The notes under the pieces: generated by a model
Databases searched by the model: none
What the model saw: the letters and a program-made list of their open reading frames with translations, nothing else
Told to the model about the DNA's origin: nothing
In this document: positions 37,800 to 51,932 of the stretch, piece by piece
How the letters are laid out: every line of letters begins with the position of its first letter
Position numbering within the stretch: position 1 is the first letter of the stretch
Source of the DNA: Takakia lepidozioides
Taxonomy: Eukaryota; Plantae; Bryophyta
Assembly: GCA_030704615.1 (NCBI GenBank)
Contig: CM060734.1
Coordinates: forward strand, 58,528,001-58,592,000
Direction: 5' to 3'
DNA length: 64,000 nt
Position numbers and translations under genes: made by a program

Positions 37800-40700
37800 A
37801 TGCTTCCCAGCTCATCTTTGGCCAGGGCACAATCCACATTCTCGGCCTGCTGCAGCCAGAGCAAGGATGCAGGGTTGCAGGGGCGGGCGGCCCTGGTTAG
37901 GAATGGAGGGACCACGCGTATGGCGTTTTCGTTTTCGAAAGGAATTTTGAATTCAGGGAATCTGGCTGCAATGGTGGCTTCCAAGGATCTTACATGGCTT
38001 TCGGCTTCGATTGGCCCAGCGAGGAAGTGCAGAGGCTTGAATCTAAAAACCGGTAGCTGTCGCATTTGACTCCTCTTTCCCTCGTCATGTCTTTCTCCCT
38101 GACCCCGGTTTTTCTCTGCACAGAGGGTCTGTCTGTGCATGCTATCTCTGTCGCTCTCACTCTCTGTGTCTCTGCCCCACCTAGAACGAATGTTTGCGTC
38201 AAATTGATGCTAAAGAAAGTGCTTTTTGGATAAATTTTGGAAGGACAGAATGAATTTTAGTCTATTAGTCCCAGACCTCTGCTCTCGTGTTGGCATCCCT
38301 CCTCCCCCATAGTTCGAATGGTGGGTGGGGTTTGTCTGACTAGGTTACAGCAAGCGAAGACGAACTGATACAGGTTCTCTGTATCTCTCTTAGGTCTCGA
38401 TTAGGGATTTGATATGATATTTTTGCAGTGTGTATTATGGTTCTGCTGGCCTTAATTCAAGTCTAAAATATGAGTTTTGTGCTCAGTAGGTTGAACGTAT
38501 GTGTTTGTCCGTCTCCAGCCCTCAGCCTTCCTTCACTTATAGTCTACTTTCTCTCTTGTGTCGTCTATCTACCCCCATTCCCCACCTTTTCTTCGTTTGT
38601 TTGTCATTGCTGTCGCATAAGAGAGTTTATCTATTTGAAGGTGCCTTGGCGGATGCTCAAAGGGCGGACCTAGATGTACAGATGAAACCAAAAGCCCTTG
38701 ATCGAAAATCAAAGCCAACAAATAAGGAGGAGGTGCAGGGTGCACTTGTTGCGGAGCCCGAGACAGCTGGGGAGACGGAAAAGGAAGGAAATATATTAGG
38801 AAGTGCAGAGACTGTAATTGACCCTGAGTCAGAAATAAAGAGAGATGGGCAGAAAGATATAGAGGAATAGAACAGGAACAGGGAACCTCAAGCAGATCGG
38901 AGGACATGGAGGACATTGAAGTTGAAAAAGGCTACAAAATGGGTCGTGTTTGTGATCGACTGATTGAAGTATTCTTGGTAGAGAAGACTAAGCCTGCAGA
39001 GTGGAGACTTTTGCTGGCATTTAGTGAGGAATGGGTTCGCATAAGGCCATATTTCTTCAAGCGGTGCAAGTCGCGGGCGAAAGCAGAAGAAGATCCCAAG
39101 AAGAAAGCGGACTTGCTGAAGCTTGCAAGGCGGCTGCAAAAGGTACTAATAGTCACTGAGGCTGAAATGTCACCCTTTTGAAAGTGCACGAGCTGTTGTC
39201 TCATTTTGACAATGTTTTCTTGTATTTCTGAAGTAACCTCTTGGCAAATGTCACATGCTAGAATTGGTAGGTTCTGTCCTGACAGAGGTAGGTTCTGTCC
39301 CTTTTGTTCCCGCTCAAACTGGGCGCGGGGTCAATGGCCACAAGGCTACGGCAAACAACGTCTTATGAGTACAATCTCTCTCCCCCAAGGCTACAGCAAA
39401 TAACGTCTTATGAGAATATTCTCTCCCTCTCTCTTGCTCAGTCTTGAGAAATGGGTTGGTCAGGTGGATGATGATATGCTGCGGCATGATGAGCTCCTTG
39501 CGGAGATCGAGAAAACCTCAATGGAATTGGACACACTGGTGGCCCGGCGCAGAAAAGACTTCACTGGAGATTTTTTCCAACACCTTCGCATACTCTGTGA
39601 TGCCAGCTACACGAATCCAAATCGAAGAGATGGTATGACGATTCCTTTCCATTTTCCTTTATTTCAATGAAAATGAAAAAGTTGTTAATGATATGCGGAT
39701 TATGACATTGCCTAACCTCAGTATCTTATTGAAATTTCCTGGTTGTTTTCAGATATTGCAAGCATAGCTGCAAGGTGTCTGGCAGGCGTGGAAGCGTATG
39801 ACAGTGCTTCAGAAGACAATGAAGCCTTGAGCATTGCTCAGCTGAAGTTTGATGACATTTTGAGTTCCCCCTCTCTAGAGGCTGCGGCAAAGAAGATCGA
39901 TAATCTGGCCAAGCATAAGGAGCTGGATTCCACACTTATGCTGCTCATTACAAAGGCCTGGGCGGCGGCAAAAGAATCTACTATGATGAAAGATGAGGTG
40001 AGAATCGTTTTTGTGTTAGTCTTCCAGCTGAGTGAAGTCGTCCTTCATTGGCTCATCAAAACTCATGGGTCTTCATGTATTCGAATGTAAGTTGTGTGAA
40101 CCTGGGGCGTCACTATTGCTGCTCTTTACACATGATTCTTGAGCTGTGTTAAACAACGGGAATGTCATTGCATCCAGACAAGAAAGGCCTACTGACAGTG
40201 CCATAATAGACGTTTAGCCAATTCACTTGTTGACCGTAGAGGAGGAACACTTCTTAGTTGTCATATTTGCAATATTAGTGTTGCCAGATGTTCCTCAAGT
40301 CCAAGTGATAAGCTTGACACAAAAAATTTCCAGTGGATTAGATCTCTAGAATCAGAGCACTCCGCATTTGGAGATGTGCAAGCTGAAATCCCCCGAGTCC
40401 AAACAGCCACAATGTTTGCCTCACCTAGTCCATCCCCTTTGAAATTGCTTTTTTTCAAATAGTGGAATGATCCCTCAAGCAGTCATGTCAGTGGGGTTGG
40501 TCAGGCCTTTCCTCGGCAACTAATCATATGATTGCAGTTTCCAATGTTGAGGGTATTCATGAGACTCATTACTATGGCAGGTGAAGGACATCATGTATCA
40601 TCTGTACAATGTGGCAAGGGGCAACATGTCAAGACTAGTACCCAAGGAAGTTCGTATCATACGCCACCTCCTCTCTATTGAGGACCCCCGGGAGAGGTTT

Positions 40701-41091
40701 ACCGAGATGACCAATGCATTTTCTCCCGGTGACGAATTGGAGGGGAAAGACACCGACGATCTTTATACGTAAGCCTCTACCTCCTGGATCATGAAAAGTC
40801 TTTGGCCAAAGTGTGTATTTCTCTCTCAACGTCATTGCCTTGTTTAATGAATAGGGTATAGTTGGAGACTCTAATACTGTCTCCTTCCTCAATTGTAAGC
40901 TGATGGTTTTTGTTTCTTGTGGGATGGACAGAACCCCAGACAAACTGCTCAAATGGATTCAAATTGTGTTGGAAGCCTTTTACTCTAACAAGAAAGGGAC
41001 TCTCATCAAAGAAGCCCAGAATTTGATGAACCCTAGTGTCATTAGCAGATTGGAGATTCTTAAGGAAGTCCTGGAACACGAGTTTATGTGA
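37800..41091 (+). CDS. At4g37920/At1g36320-like organellar protein, multi-exon, with an apparent frameshift near 38827-38870
   Basis: Transit-peptide-like exon 37800-38052, then the conserved blocks CDRLIEVFLVEK, EWRLLLAFSEEW, VARRRKDFTGDFF, AQLKFDDILSSPSL, ITKAWAAAKESTMMKDEVKDIMYHLY, PKEVRIIRHLLSIEDP and IKEAQNLMNP. Family recognised from memory. Confidence 0.8.
39290..39423 (-). repeat. Short interspersed repeat, copy 2 (intronic)
   Basis: Homologous to 24111-24198. Has an internal ~40-nt duplication and a duplicated flank ggtaggttctgtcc (39266, 39287). Confidence 0.6.
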
Positions 41092-43037
41092 GATGTCCAC
41101 TTGAATTGTTCTAGAAAAGAAAAAATACCTAGGCAGGTTCAACAAATCCTATCTTGTCTGTTTGAAAGGGATTCAGTGCATGTAGGATCGTTGTTATAGA
41201 AAGTCTAGCATGAACGCCCCATTCAGGGACTCTGCAATTCCAACAGGGTTAATGTCTTACTGAGTTAGGCCAAACTCCAGTATCAGGAAGGAATCGCCGT
41301 ACATTGTTGAGAATAAGGCAAACAGCAGTTTGTTGGCATCTGTACAATTCAGTATCATTGTAAATGTAATGGACAGCTTGCTAGGTGGCCCAAGCGGTAC
41401 AACCACAGTAAGCAACATTGTTTTCAGAGGCTACTATTTGAATGCTCAATTGATGTCGCAAAACCAAGCCGATGTTCTCCTGAAAGTTTCTGGGTGAGAC
41501 TTATGGAGCAGACTAGGTTTCTTTGACCAGATGCACTACGAAATCTTTGTTTCCCAATCACTTGCAGTGAATAAAGTTGCCCAAATCACCCTTCCTTGAA
41601 GAGTTATCAGGTAAGCTTGAGTTTCTTGCATCTAAAACATCTTTGTCAGCCTTCCAAATTCCTCACTTCGGCCTTCATCCCAACTCCAAAGAGCAGCAGG
41701 AGCGATTTTCTATTTCTATCCAACATCAGCAACACTCCATGAACACGTCTTCAGTGTGAAAGCCACAGCCAAGAACTACTTGCCAAGTGATTATCATAAG
41801 ACGAATCTGTTTGGCAAGAAGAGAGAGAGAGAGAGCGGGAGAGAGATGGATCGGCAAGAACTTCAAAAGCTTCAGAGCAGGGGGCCAAGCAGCCTGAAAA
41901 GCACAGGAGCAAGATGACGTTGGAGAGAAAGAAAGCCGAGCACTTTCCGGTTTTCAGTTTTCACGCACAAAGCGCAGGCCCGATTGGCTTGTGAAGCTGA
42001 TTCTCTACCGTCCAGTTGCATGCGATGAACGACTCGTAGGTGGATTGCGTGGAAGCCTTGTTTCTGTTTGTTGTGATGGCCGATGGGCTGCGTGTCTCTT
42101 TGTAACCTATTCCTCCCTGCTCATCTGCTGTGTAGTTGTTTCGCAATCTCTCCCTGCGTGATCTGACCCCTAGTTATGTTTCTAGTTTCTACAAACATTT
42201 TGATGTACCGATTCCGTATCCGAGGGACGTGTGGCTGCATGCATCCGTCCAGTCATTGTGCGCGTCTCGCTCCCCCTTTCTCTTGCTCATCTTCCCATGC
42301 TTTTTTAATGTAGTTGTTGTGTTCGCAACCTCTTCCCTCTGAATTCCTCTTCGGTCTTCACATGTCGTCTGCATTAGAGGTGTTACGGCCTCTTGTCAAC
42401 CGCCATCATACCAGAAGCGTCAGATCCAATTCAGGTGCTAACGTAATACCTTCATGAACGGGAGTCAAGCCAGTGTATGCCGTTACCCTACTTCTTTACT
42501 TTCGTCTTTATTTTGTTGCATGTACCCGGCCTAATACCCAGCTCATCTTTCCGCTCGTGCATTCATGTGGCTACCATCCTGTACGTTATTGATCAATCCT
42601 CGGTCCTTTGACCTTTCCACCCGTTGCCACGGATCACCTTAAACCCTAAACCCTGAACACGACTTTCCGTTTAAAGCCTGGGATGTGAAGGATTTGGTCT
42701 GTGGTTTTTCGCAGATAAACTGTCGGGGTCAAATTGAGGATACTGTTTCCTGTCATGTGCAAAACTTGTGCCTAGGTATATGAGTTCTGTCTGCAACGTC
42801 TGCTTGGCTGGATTGTAACTTCTCGGTATGTCTATGTGAGTTCAGTTTGCTAGGTCTGCTTGACTGGATTGACTTTTGAGTTTGTAGCACCCAGTTGACC
42901 GTTCTTCCTCATTTGCCGATTCCTGTCTATCACTGTTTTGAAACTGTTTATGGTGAACCCTAATTGGATCTTAATCCAGTCTGTCTGACATTGCTTGTAC
43001 TCACCACATCCGGATCCCCTCGTTTCCGAGCAGTGAT

Positions 43038-43757
43038 GCAATGACGGGGATGAAGAACATGATCTTGATGTACCGATTGAGTATTGGCGCAGCTGCGTAC
43101 GTTCATCTCCCAATGTGCTTTGTGATGCGTTTCGGTTGCTATTGTGTTTCGAACAAGGTCAATCTGTATCAAGCATATTTCCAGGGGTTCTTGATCTGGG
43201 TAGCATTCCCAAGCAAAGTTCTTATCTTCAGAGATTGTGTGAGCGCAGGTTGATGGTGCTGGGGGTTACAACATATGATATTCACCGGTCAATCAAGGCT
43301 AATCAGATTCCCCCATCTGAGGCACAGGTGGCAGCATTGTCAGCTCACATAGATGAATTAAAGCACTCAAAGGCAGTTTCTTCTTTTGATGAGTATGGCC
43401 CAGAAGATAAGTCCGTCTGAGGTAATCATGTGTCTTTGCGAGATTGCTATATTGTTTTCTCTCTCTCTCTCTCTCTCTTCCTGGGTTTTGTGTGACTGGA
43501 TGGATTCTTTCTTTGGGCTTACGGTGGATGTAATCATCATCTTCCTTTCTTTCTTTATTTTCTGTATCTCGCACAGAAGTCCTCTAAGAAGATTGAGGCA
43601 TAGTAAGGCTCCAATGCTTACTCAGGCATTATTGGCAGCCTCTGGTATGGAAGTCAAGGACCACCTAAATGCCTTTCCCATGCTGGGAACTATGTTTAAG
43701 TCGATTTTCAACAGGTTGCCTACCGGAAGGAACCCGCATTTCAGACCTGTGGCATGA
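43038..43757 (+). other. Possible exons of an unidentified gene or pseudogene
   Basis: Exon-like open frames (…IEYWRSCVRSSPNVLCDAFRLLL…; …RSPLRRLRHSKAPMLTQ…) separated by gtaatc...cacag. No recognised domain. Confidence 0.3.
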
Positions 43758-44137
43758 TTACAAGGATAGGAAACATGGGACATGGGTACTCTTCTGGAAA
43801 AGATGCCCTCTTTGACAGCATGAAATGACACTCACTGCATGTCCTTCCTCTCAGGTTCATGAGGCTCAAGACAAAGGCTGAAAGCTGTGGCCCTCCTCGG
43901 GTTTTGCAAACCCTAGTACAAGGTCATATCGTAGTCTCCTTAAATTCAACATGCTCACCTTTTCCACTTCGTCCAAAGCCAGTGTGGGGTCTGTGATGAA
44001 GGCTGCACCAAAGTCTAGTGAGCACGTCTCCTGTACTCGTGTATTTTGGGCAATCAAAATTGTCATCTACCAAGTAGTGTACTGTAGAACAGAAGAGGTG
44101 TTGTGAAAGCTAGTTTGTTCTTCAATCATGTTGTATC

Positions 44138-46449
44138 ATGCAGGACGTGGCTGCGAGGGTGGGGGATGAGGGAGGGACGATTGTAGGGCTTGTTTCAGAC
44201 ACACACGGTGTTTTGGACACTGAAACTGTCTTTCTTTTGCGAAGAGCCACTAACACCATCATCCATGCAGGTAATTGTTATTTTTCTTCCTCTTTCTCAA
44301 TCCCCACATGGAGAAATAGGGGAGAGGAGGGTGATGTCACGGTCTAGGCTATGATTGCCCCTATCGTGACCTTTGGAACTAAAACCATTGTGTTACCTTT
44401 GATTGATTTAGGTGATGTAGGGGACAGCAAGCGGACGAACCGCCTCTCTGCTAAGGCAGTGATCCAGCGCTTACAGGTTGGGACTGGGAAGGATGTGGTT
44501 GCTGTGGCTGGAAATGTTGATGAAGGGTGAGCATTCTCTAGCAACGTATTTCATGAGTACTTGATATTCCCCCTCTGCATCTTTTTACCATCCATCACCT
44601 GATCTATCTGGTTGTAATCAACAGCGGGGTGCGAGTATAATCTATAGTTCGCTCATGTATCTATATCATTTTGAGGCTGCAAACTATCAATCGGAAGTTG
44701 CATTAGAGTTGTGAGAAGAGAGCTCTTTCTTATATGTTTAGTCCAAAATTACGCAGTTAGGTGAGATTTTTTAATTATAAACGTATTTATTTCCATTGTC
44801 TTGCACCCATGTGCATTTGAGCATGGTGCCATGGCGGTGGCTGAATTGCTACATACAGTCCCAGATTGTCTTTGTGGTGGATTTCTTGTCAATGATTTGA
44901 CCATAAATACAGTAGATTTTATCCTTGATGGATACAGAGAGTGGAAGTTTGCTTCATGCCTTCAATTAGAATGAAAATACTGGGAAAAAATCCTGTACAC
45001 ACATTCCCAAGTTTGTATTGATCCAGTACCTCTCAGCTCCTTGTTGCAAATACCTTTGTGAAGGGTTGCAGTAAGATCCCAAGCTAAAATGAGTATTGTA
45101 TGTATCCCAGTGCAATTTTCTAATGGGGCCTTTGGCAGGTGCTCAATGGGGTAGTAGGCTACACAATGTTAAGCTATGTTTTTTGTGTTTCATCTGGCCT
45201 CTTGACAATCAGGGAGACGTTGCTTCGAGAGTAAGGGGGTTCAGTTTATCTTCATGTCTGTGTTGGGAACCAGGGCAGTGTTGCAGACTTACTCGCTTCA
45301 CAGATTGTGACCATTGTTGGCAAGAAGATTTTGATTATGTAAGCAGCTACATGCACAACTCCTCTGCTTGGTGAAATAGAGATGCATGCATTAGCAATTC
45401 CCTGTGATTAATGTTGCCTACGATGTGAGGTCAATGTGGTGCCAAACTTGACAGACTAAGAAGCTTGATGCCCATTCTAAACTCCAGCACCAATTTGACA
45501 AGTCTGGTGCTGGTTGTACTGCCAGTCACACTTACTATGAGAGACGTGGTTGTCCCGAAGCTTGATCAAATTCATGTATGTCTTCTGTACTTGTAGAGCC
45601 CCTTGCACTGACTGTAATATATCACCTGTGTTTCTGCAAAACTTGTGATGTTAGTATTCTTCTTTCTCAGGCACATTTGTGGTTTCCCTGCAAACGACTC
45701 CCAACAAGCCAGGGTGCTGATAGGCACCACAGCTCCTGACATTGTTGTGTTTGGGCATTCACATGTGCCAGGGGCACTTTGGCATCAAGGCATTCTCTAC
45801 ATCAATCGTGAGTTTCCGTTTCCTTACGATCTTACAGAGCTGCAAATATCACTGCAGTAGTGTACCGACAAAAAGTCTTTCTGTCAATTGTTTTATCCAG
45901 CAGTGAAAGTCGAGACTCCAGGGGTGAAGCAGAAGTATGGTTTTTGTCAAGCTTACGGGCTGGAGGAATGAGCAAGTGGGTGCCATTTGCCCCTAACATA
46001 TGGAAGGTGGCATTTCCCTGAAAAGGACAATTGGCTCGGCCCATAGGGTAGCTCATTATCATGTGGTGATGTTAATTTTAGTGGTGTACAGAACTTATCC
46101 TGATTCTCTATTTATATTAACTTGTGATCTTATCTGAAGCAGAGCTGGATTTTGGTTTGTCTGTGTAGCTGGGAGTGCAGGGCCCCGCAGGTTCAAGCTT
46201 CCACGCTGTCTTGCTTTTCTGAGTATCACTCCGTCTGGTAGTATGGATGTGGAATTTGCACCTGTAACCACTTTGCCACATGATTTTACCACCATACCCC
46301 CTCCATTACATGTTCATGGGGGCAGCGTCAACCTTCCTCCCACTGCAAACTTGGATAGGGTTCAAAGTGTAGCAAATGAAGTAGAAAACTGTGGCAGGTG
46401 TAGAACGACTGTAAAAGTTGAGTGGAAAACTAAGCGGAAACGCCTCTGA
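44138..46449 (+). CDS. Calcineurin-like metallophosphoesterase (YfcE/MJ0936 type), multi-exon
   Basis: Motifs VGLVSDTHG, IIHAG|D, VAVAGNVD, IVVFGHSH and YIN|PGSAGPRRFKLP lie across exons. One middle exon junction could not be resolved. Confidence 0.85.
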
Positions 46450-48308
46450 TGCAGTTGCCATGGCAACTGCCGATGGGTTTGCAGTTCAATTGTCGAAGTG
46501 AGCAATTGTGATCCTCTTAAGTAAAATGGGATTGTGTTCTCCTATGCCCACTATTCCCGGTATGACTTCAGAAAGTCTGCCAGTTTCACCTCATCCCCTA
46601 GTGATCCCCCTAGTTTGCAACAAAGCTGAGCACTGGGTTTATGAACAGATCTTATAACCTTCGCCACTAACATGGTGTTCAGAAAAACCCACACAAATCC
46701 ATCAAACTTTTGAGTTCCCGTAGCTCTTGTAGTTACTCAGGTCAATGCACAGGCAAACACACAAATTTCGTCCGATACCTCAGCTCAAACTATGATTGTC
46801 CTTTTGCCAATGGATTCAGGCAACCTATTCAAGTTGTGACAGCACAAAAAATGCAGGTGCATGAGGAGATGGATTTAGTCTCTCAGACTGTCAAATATCG
46901 CAGAGGTGTGCAAGTTGAGCACCTCAAGCTTTGTTGTGTTCCAGTTCCACTTTAGCTTTGACAATTGTCCAATTGAGTATGGTAACTTGATCAAAAATAT
47001 TGGTATGCCCATGATGGTTCAATGCTTTGAAGGAAACACTTGAGACCAAGGATACCTCCAAGACCACACGCTCATAAGACCTATGCATGACTTGTGGGTA
47101 GATTTGCAGTTGAGCAAGGCCCCTAACATCAACATGCTTGTTTAGGGCAAAGGATCCTAAACACTTTGACAATTAACTTGCTTTCTTTTTAGGCTTTAGT
47201 CCTGTGCTCAATTGGATCTATGCTCCGCTCACTTCATCACCAACTACCAACACCCTGGCTGTCACCTTTCCTCTAACAACTGCCACCAAAGCCCAACTCC
47301 TTAGGTCTAGTTCTAATCCTATTCATGCATTCCACAATTTCACTCAAGTCACAGTCTTGGAGTCCAAGTAGGATCGCTTGTATCTTCATGGTGTATAGTA
47401 GCCTCTTCTTCCTAAGTTCTTACTCCTATAGTCAAATCCATTATCCCATATTTATCTCCCTCTAGTCTTCTCTCTATCTCACTGTCTCTCTGCTCTGCTC
47501 CTACCTTAGTCCGTACTCCATATGACAAGGATCACACAGTAAAAGATCATTCTACCTTCATCGGCCTATGCGCTCTTGATTCAGTGCACTTGCTGTTCAA
47601 AATAGTACCCCCTAGTTGTCATTCAAGGATTATTCCATGTGTTTTCACATTGAATATTCACCAATATTACGTATTACTTTGGATGTTTTTTGTTTTTTTC
47701 AATAAATTTCATTTTTCTGGTGCCCACATCGGAAAAATATACATGACGACACTGCGCACCTGTAATTGCCTGCATTTCTTAAAAGAGCCATTATAGGTTT
47801 GTGTACCTTACCGGTGAAGAGTTCTATACCCTCTATCCTTGCATTGTATCACGACTTAGTGTTTACTAGTCAGTTTGGGTTGAAGAGATTGTGGCTCCGA
47901 ACGCAAATAGTTTTATTGGAAAGGTATGCATAAGGATGTGGCTGACTATCTATGTATAAACTTCCGGGAGCATTGATGGTAATTGAGCTATAGTCCAAAC
48001 CTGTGGGTATGGATCCGGTAGGCCCTCTTAATCCATAGTTGCACAAAATGTCACGTGGGCACTCACATCCTAATTGCACCTCAAAAATTGACTTTACGTT
48101 TTGTAATGTTTTTTAATTTTAACTTCTACACTGCAGCCCCAAGTGCCCCTAGGAGTAAGGGGGCGGCTTAAGCAGATATTCTGTAAGGGGCGTCCTCACC
48201 CGAATTACCCTTTGTTGGGCGCAAGAAAAACATCCCTTCACAATCAGCAACCAAGTAGTCTTCACAAGCAACAACCGAGTTTTACTAGACCCCAACTGCC
48301 ACATCTGT

Positions 48309-48310
48309 CT

Positions 48311-48340
<30 letters not shown>
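48309..48340. repeat. (TTTA)n tract next to a repeat-terminus motif
   Basis: The reverse complement reads aagggcctccgtccccttt followed by an A-rich tail. The same motif occurs near 60142 and 60527. Confidence 0.6.
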
Positions 48341-48342
<2 letters not shown>

Positions 48343-48399
48343 AGGAAAGGGGACGGAGGCCCTTTTAATCAAATTAATTAAAATAAACGTCATCTCCCT

Positions 48400-49330
48400 T
48401 TCTCTTCAGCTGCACTCAAAGACTCCTAGACAGATTCCTGGTAGCTCTTTTCACTCCCATCAGAGACTAGAGTATGTTGTTGGACCCCAGAATCAAAGGA
48501 AATGGATCCTGTACCGCCACCACCCTTGGCTGAGCTTCAATTCGATCCCAATGAATGGTCCTAGGCCTTCTCAAGGACACCGGAACCCTTCTTCAACTAT
48601 ACCACCAAGAAAGGTTACAAAGCTTTGTCCAACCCTAAAGCACTGCATGCAAAATGGGAGGCAAGATGGGAGCACCTTAGATTCAGGAATGAGAACTGGG
48701 CATTGATCTGGGCCTCAGAATGGATAAAAACTCTCCCTGCTAAGATAGCAGCTTTCCTCTGGCAACTTGTTAATAGAGTTCTAAAGGTCGAGGAGTGGCT
48801 TCAGTTCGACGAAACTCTCCACTGCTCTTGCTGCTCGTCTGGCATCCTCGAGACCATCGAACACAGTCTGTTGGATTGCCAAGCCCCTGCTAAATTGTGG
48901 CCCTTCATCAGATCATGGGACACCACACACCTGTCCATTTTCAGATATTTTGCTCAATTATGACCCTAACTCGAAGCAAAAGATCATTCAGCTGTGCTAT
49001 CTTTGAGACTCTTAGAAGCTCCACCCTATGGCACCTGTGGAAAGCACGATGTGTGAAAACTTTCTCTGGAAAAACCACGACCCTCTCTGCTATTCTATCT
49101 TGTATCTTTTATGTCCTTGGAATTGAATCCAGGAAAGCGTGGATCAAAGTGTGTGCAGACATCAAGTGTAGACCGACTAGTGCAGCGGACATCCACGCCG
49201 CATTTCAAAACTCATGGGGGAGGCAAAGCCTCATCTGCGAAAGCCCCTCCATCGACTCCTGCGTCTGGACAGAGTTGCCCCCACCTAGCTGGAGAGACCT
49301 CCGTAACCCCATTCACAACGTCATCTAAGT
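48400..49330 (+). mobile_element. Non-LTR retrotransposon (L1-like) ORF2 C-terminal fragment with zf-RVT
   Basis: LPAKIAAFLWQLVNRVL...CSCC...ETIEHSLLDC...LW, then LWHLWKARC...F; frameshifted. Confidence 0.85.
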
Positions 49331-50291
49331 TCGAGCGCGAAATAAATTGGAAACATATCAAAACCACTACAAGGGCCTCCAGGCCTCTTATCGGTGACCG
49401 TTTCATCTGCTCTATCATTACTGACTCGATCTTAATCGCCTCAGCTCTTTGAAATTGAAGAGGTGACAGATCTCTTGAAGCAATTGACTTTGTTTTCTAA
49501 ACCTACTATTGGTTGCCCACAAATTTATTCACTAGAAGGAAGAATGACATTTGAAAATTCCACATGGATCTCCGGAAAGTGAGATATGGGAACGTATCGA
49601 TCCATATGCAAACATTGAAATTGAAAGATGACAAACCCATATTAGACTCAGTGGCACACGAGCGACATTTTCGTCATGTCTAGGCATTCGATGTGATTAC
49701 CATGTTTCTAAAACAACACCCTAGCTGGATGAGACAGTTTCAGATCTGTAGAAAGTAGGATATCTACATTGCAGGTTGCAAACTGTCTACAGTTATTTTC
49801 AGTCAATTTGACATGTAACTCTATAGACTGGGAGCACGGCAGTGTCTCGATTATTAGCCTGTAAGATTATTTTTCCTTACCATCTCAATAAAATTTTGGG
49901 CTCCATCCCCTTTGATTAAAAAAAAAGAAAAACTCTATAAATGTTGTGTTACTATCACATGGATAAACGTTAAAGAAGAGTCTTTAAGAGAGGGAGACAA
50001 CACTCCGGCCATCCAGATGTTCATGTAAGAAAGGCTTGTGTAGTTACAGCGCCAAGTTCCACCACCTCTCTCATCATCCCAAAAAAATCTGTCTTATGGC
50101 AATTTTTTTCTTGCCTTGTTCAACTCATTGGGGTTCCAGGCTCCAACTCTTTTCTGAGACAGCTATGCATTCCGGACCTGGAGAACCTTACTTCTAAAAT
50201 GCGCGTTTTTAGCAATGGCACACAGAGGACCACATACAGTAACTGCTCAAATGGAGTTGAAAAAGACAGTGTGAATGTAGGGCCAGGCTAT

Positions 50292-51932
50292 CTAGTAATG
50301 GAAGAGCAACCCAGAATCTGGCCCTGACTCGGTAAGAAGCTCCCAATCTCCAGCAGTGTATCCACCCTTTGGTATGTCATCGTGGATGGGACGTTGTGCA
50401 TGCGAATATGCACAGTATTTTGCACTGTAGGTTGGCACTCCTGATAGTGGTTCGGACAGTGACATCCCAATCCCTAGTTCACCCGCCACAATCAGATTTA
50501 GCTACGTCAAAAATACCTTCCAGTAGTAATAATCTGGATCCCTCGTCCGATGCATCCATTGTCAAAGCGAAGCTGAAAAGGAGTGCAACAAATTGTAACA
50601 GTAGCACTGTATTCACTTTTCTTACTGTCGTATGCTGCTACAGGATGGTCACAGTTTGCTGCAAAAGCTAGAGAACCCCACTCGTGAAGTCATGAGTATG
50701 GATGCAGTAACGAACTCTAGAATTCCATCTAAGTACTCTAGACTCTCTTGTTCATCCTGAACTCCCCCAACTAAATCAGTCGAGAAATTTAAGGCAGCTG
50801 ACACTGCAACTGTCGCTAGCAAGGCTGACGATTATGGTCTCGGGAACACAAACAAAAGATTTCAAATGTTTCACTAGGCTGTTTCAGAGTGAGAGGTCAC
50901 CTATACCATGAGTGATGCACAGAACGTTTTCCCTAGGGAAACTGTCAGCAGCAACTTTGAAAGTGATGGCATAGCGGTCACAAGCATCATCATAAGTCTC
51001 CTTCCACGCGGGTAGCTGCATGAGAGCTAAAATTAAATGAATGAGAAGGAAACTAGGTTCGAACTATTACACAACCCAGACACAAATTACTGAAAAAGTT
51101 CTGAGGGGAAGTGGAAAGTGGTCTACTTACCATTGACCAAATTGGCTGTACTGAACTGTCGAGAGTGCCACTAGGAAGCAAGGCCCAAAGCTCTGGCAGC
51201 GGCAAAGTCCAGGCCACTTGACGACAATCCATGTCTTGGGGCTGAGGTTGGCAGATAAATATTGCGTTCATCACCTGTGCCAAGCCATTTTCTATTGACA
51301 CCTGCCCCACTCAACGCCATCCACCCACAATACATGTCTGATGATACAAACGATATTTCATGTATGAGTAACCATAATGGCCCGAATTACAAAATAGTCT
51401 ATGATTTGGGAAGCCTCTTGAGGCATGCATTGCGTGATGGACCCCTAGACATTTTAGAAAAATGGGGGTTGCAATCCCGACTTTACGCATTCACAGCTAG
51501 CCAAAGCTCGCAAAGCACACAGTACTTGATAAAGCACCGATAACAAGTTACCTTCACCTTGGATGGGTCGATGACAGCCCCAAGGCTACTGTGGGCCTCG
51601 CTAGATTGCGCCACCAAGCAGAGCCCAGTAACAACCTCTGCAGCTGTTTGCACACAACGTAAGAAAGGGGAAACCAAGACACGGTTTACTTCCCATCCAT
51701 CACTACGCAAGAATTTGCCCACCACCCAGGCCTGCTGCTTCCCCAAATCTGTGAGAGGGGGATCCCAAGGGCGGGCAGCAGTTGAAGCCCAGAGGGAGTC
51801 TACATCATCCAGTCCCTCCCCATGCCACATGATGAATAGGTTTTGCATGAACGGATCTACCGAATTCGTCTCTGCCGTGTCAGGTCCCCTGGTAACATTT
51901 TCAGAGTTGCAATCGTAGTTTTCTGTTGTCAT
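50292..51932 (-). pseudogene. Histidine phosphatase / phosphoglycerate-mutase-like gene, probably decaying
   Basis: Family motifs AARPWDPPL, SPFLRCVQTA, NVLCITHG and YCAYSH are present. The RHG motif reads WHG, and the last acceptor reads GG rather than AG (50483-50484). Confidence 0.7.

Noticed and set aside
46900-47500. Possible gag/zinc-knuckle remnant
   Set aside because: Too degenerate to support a call.
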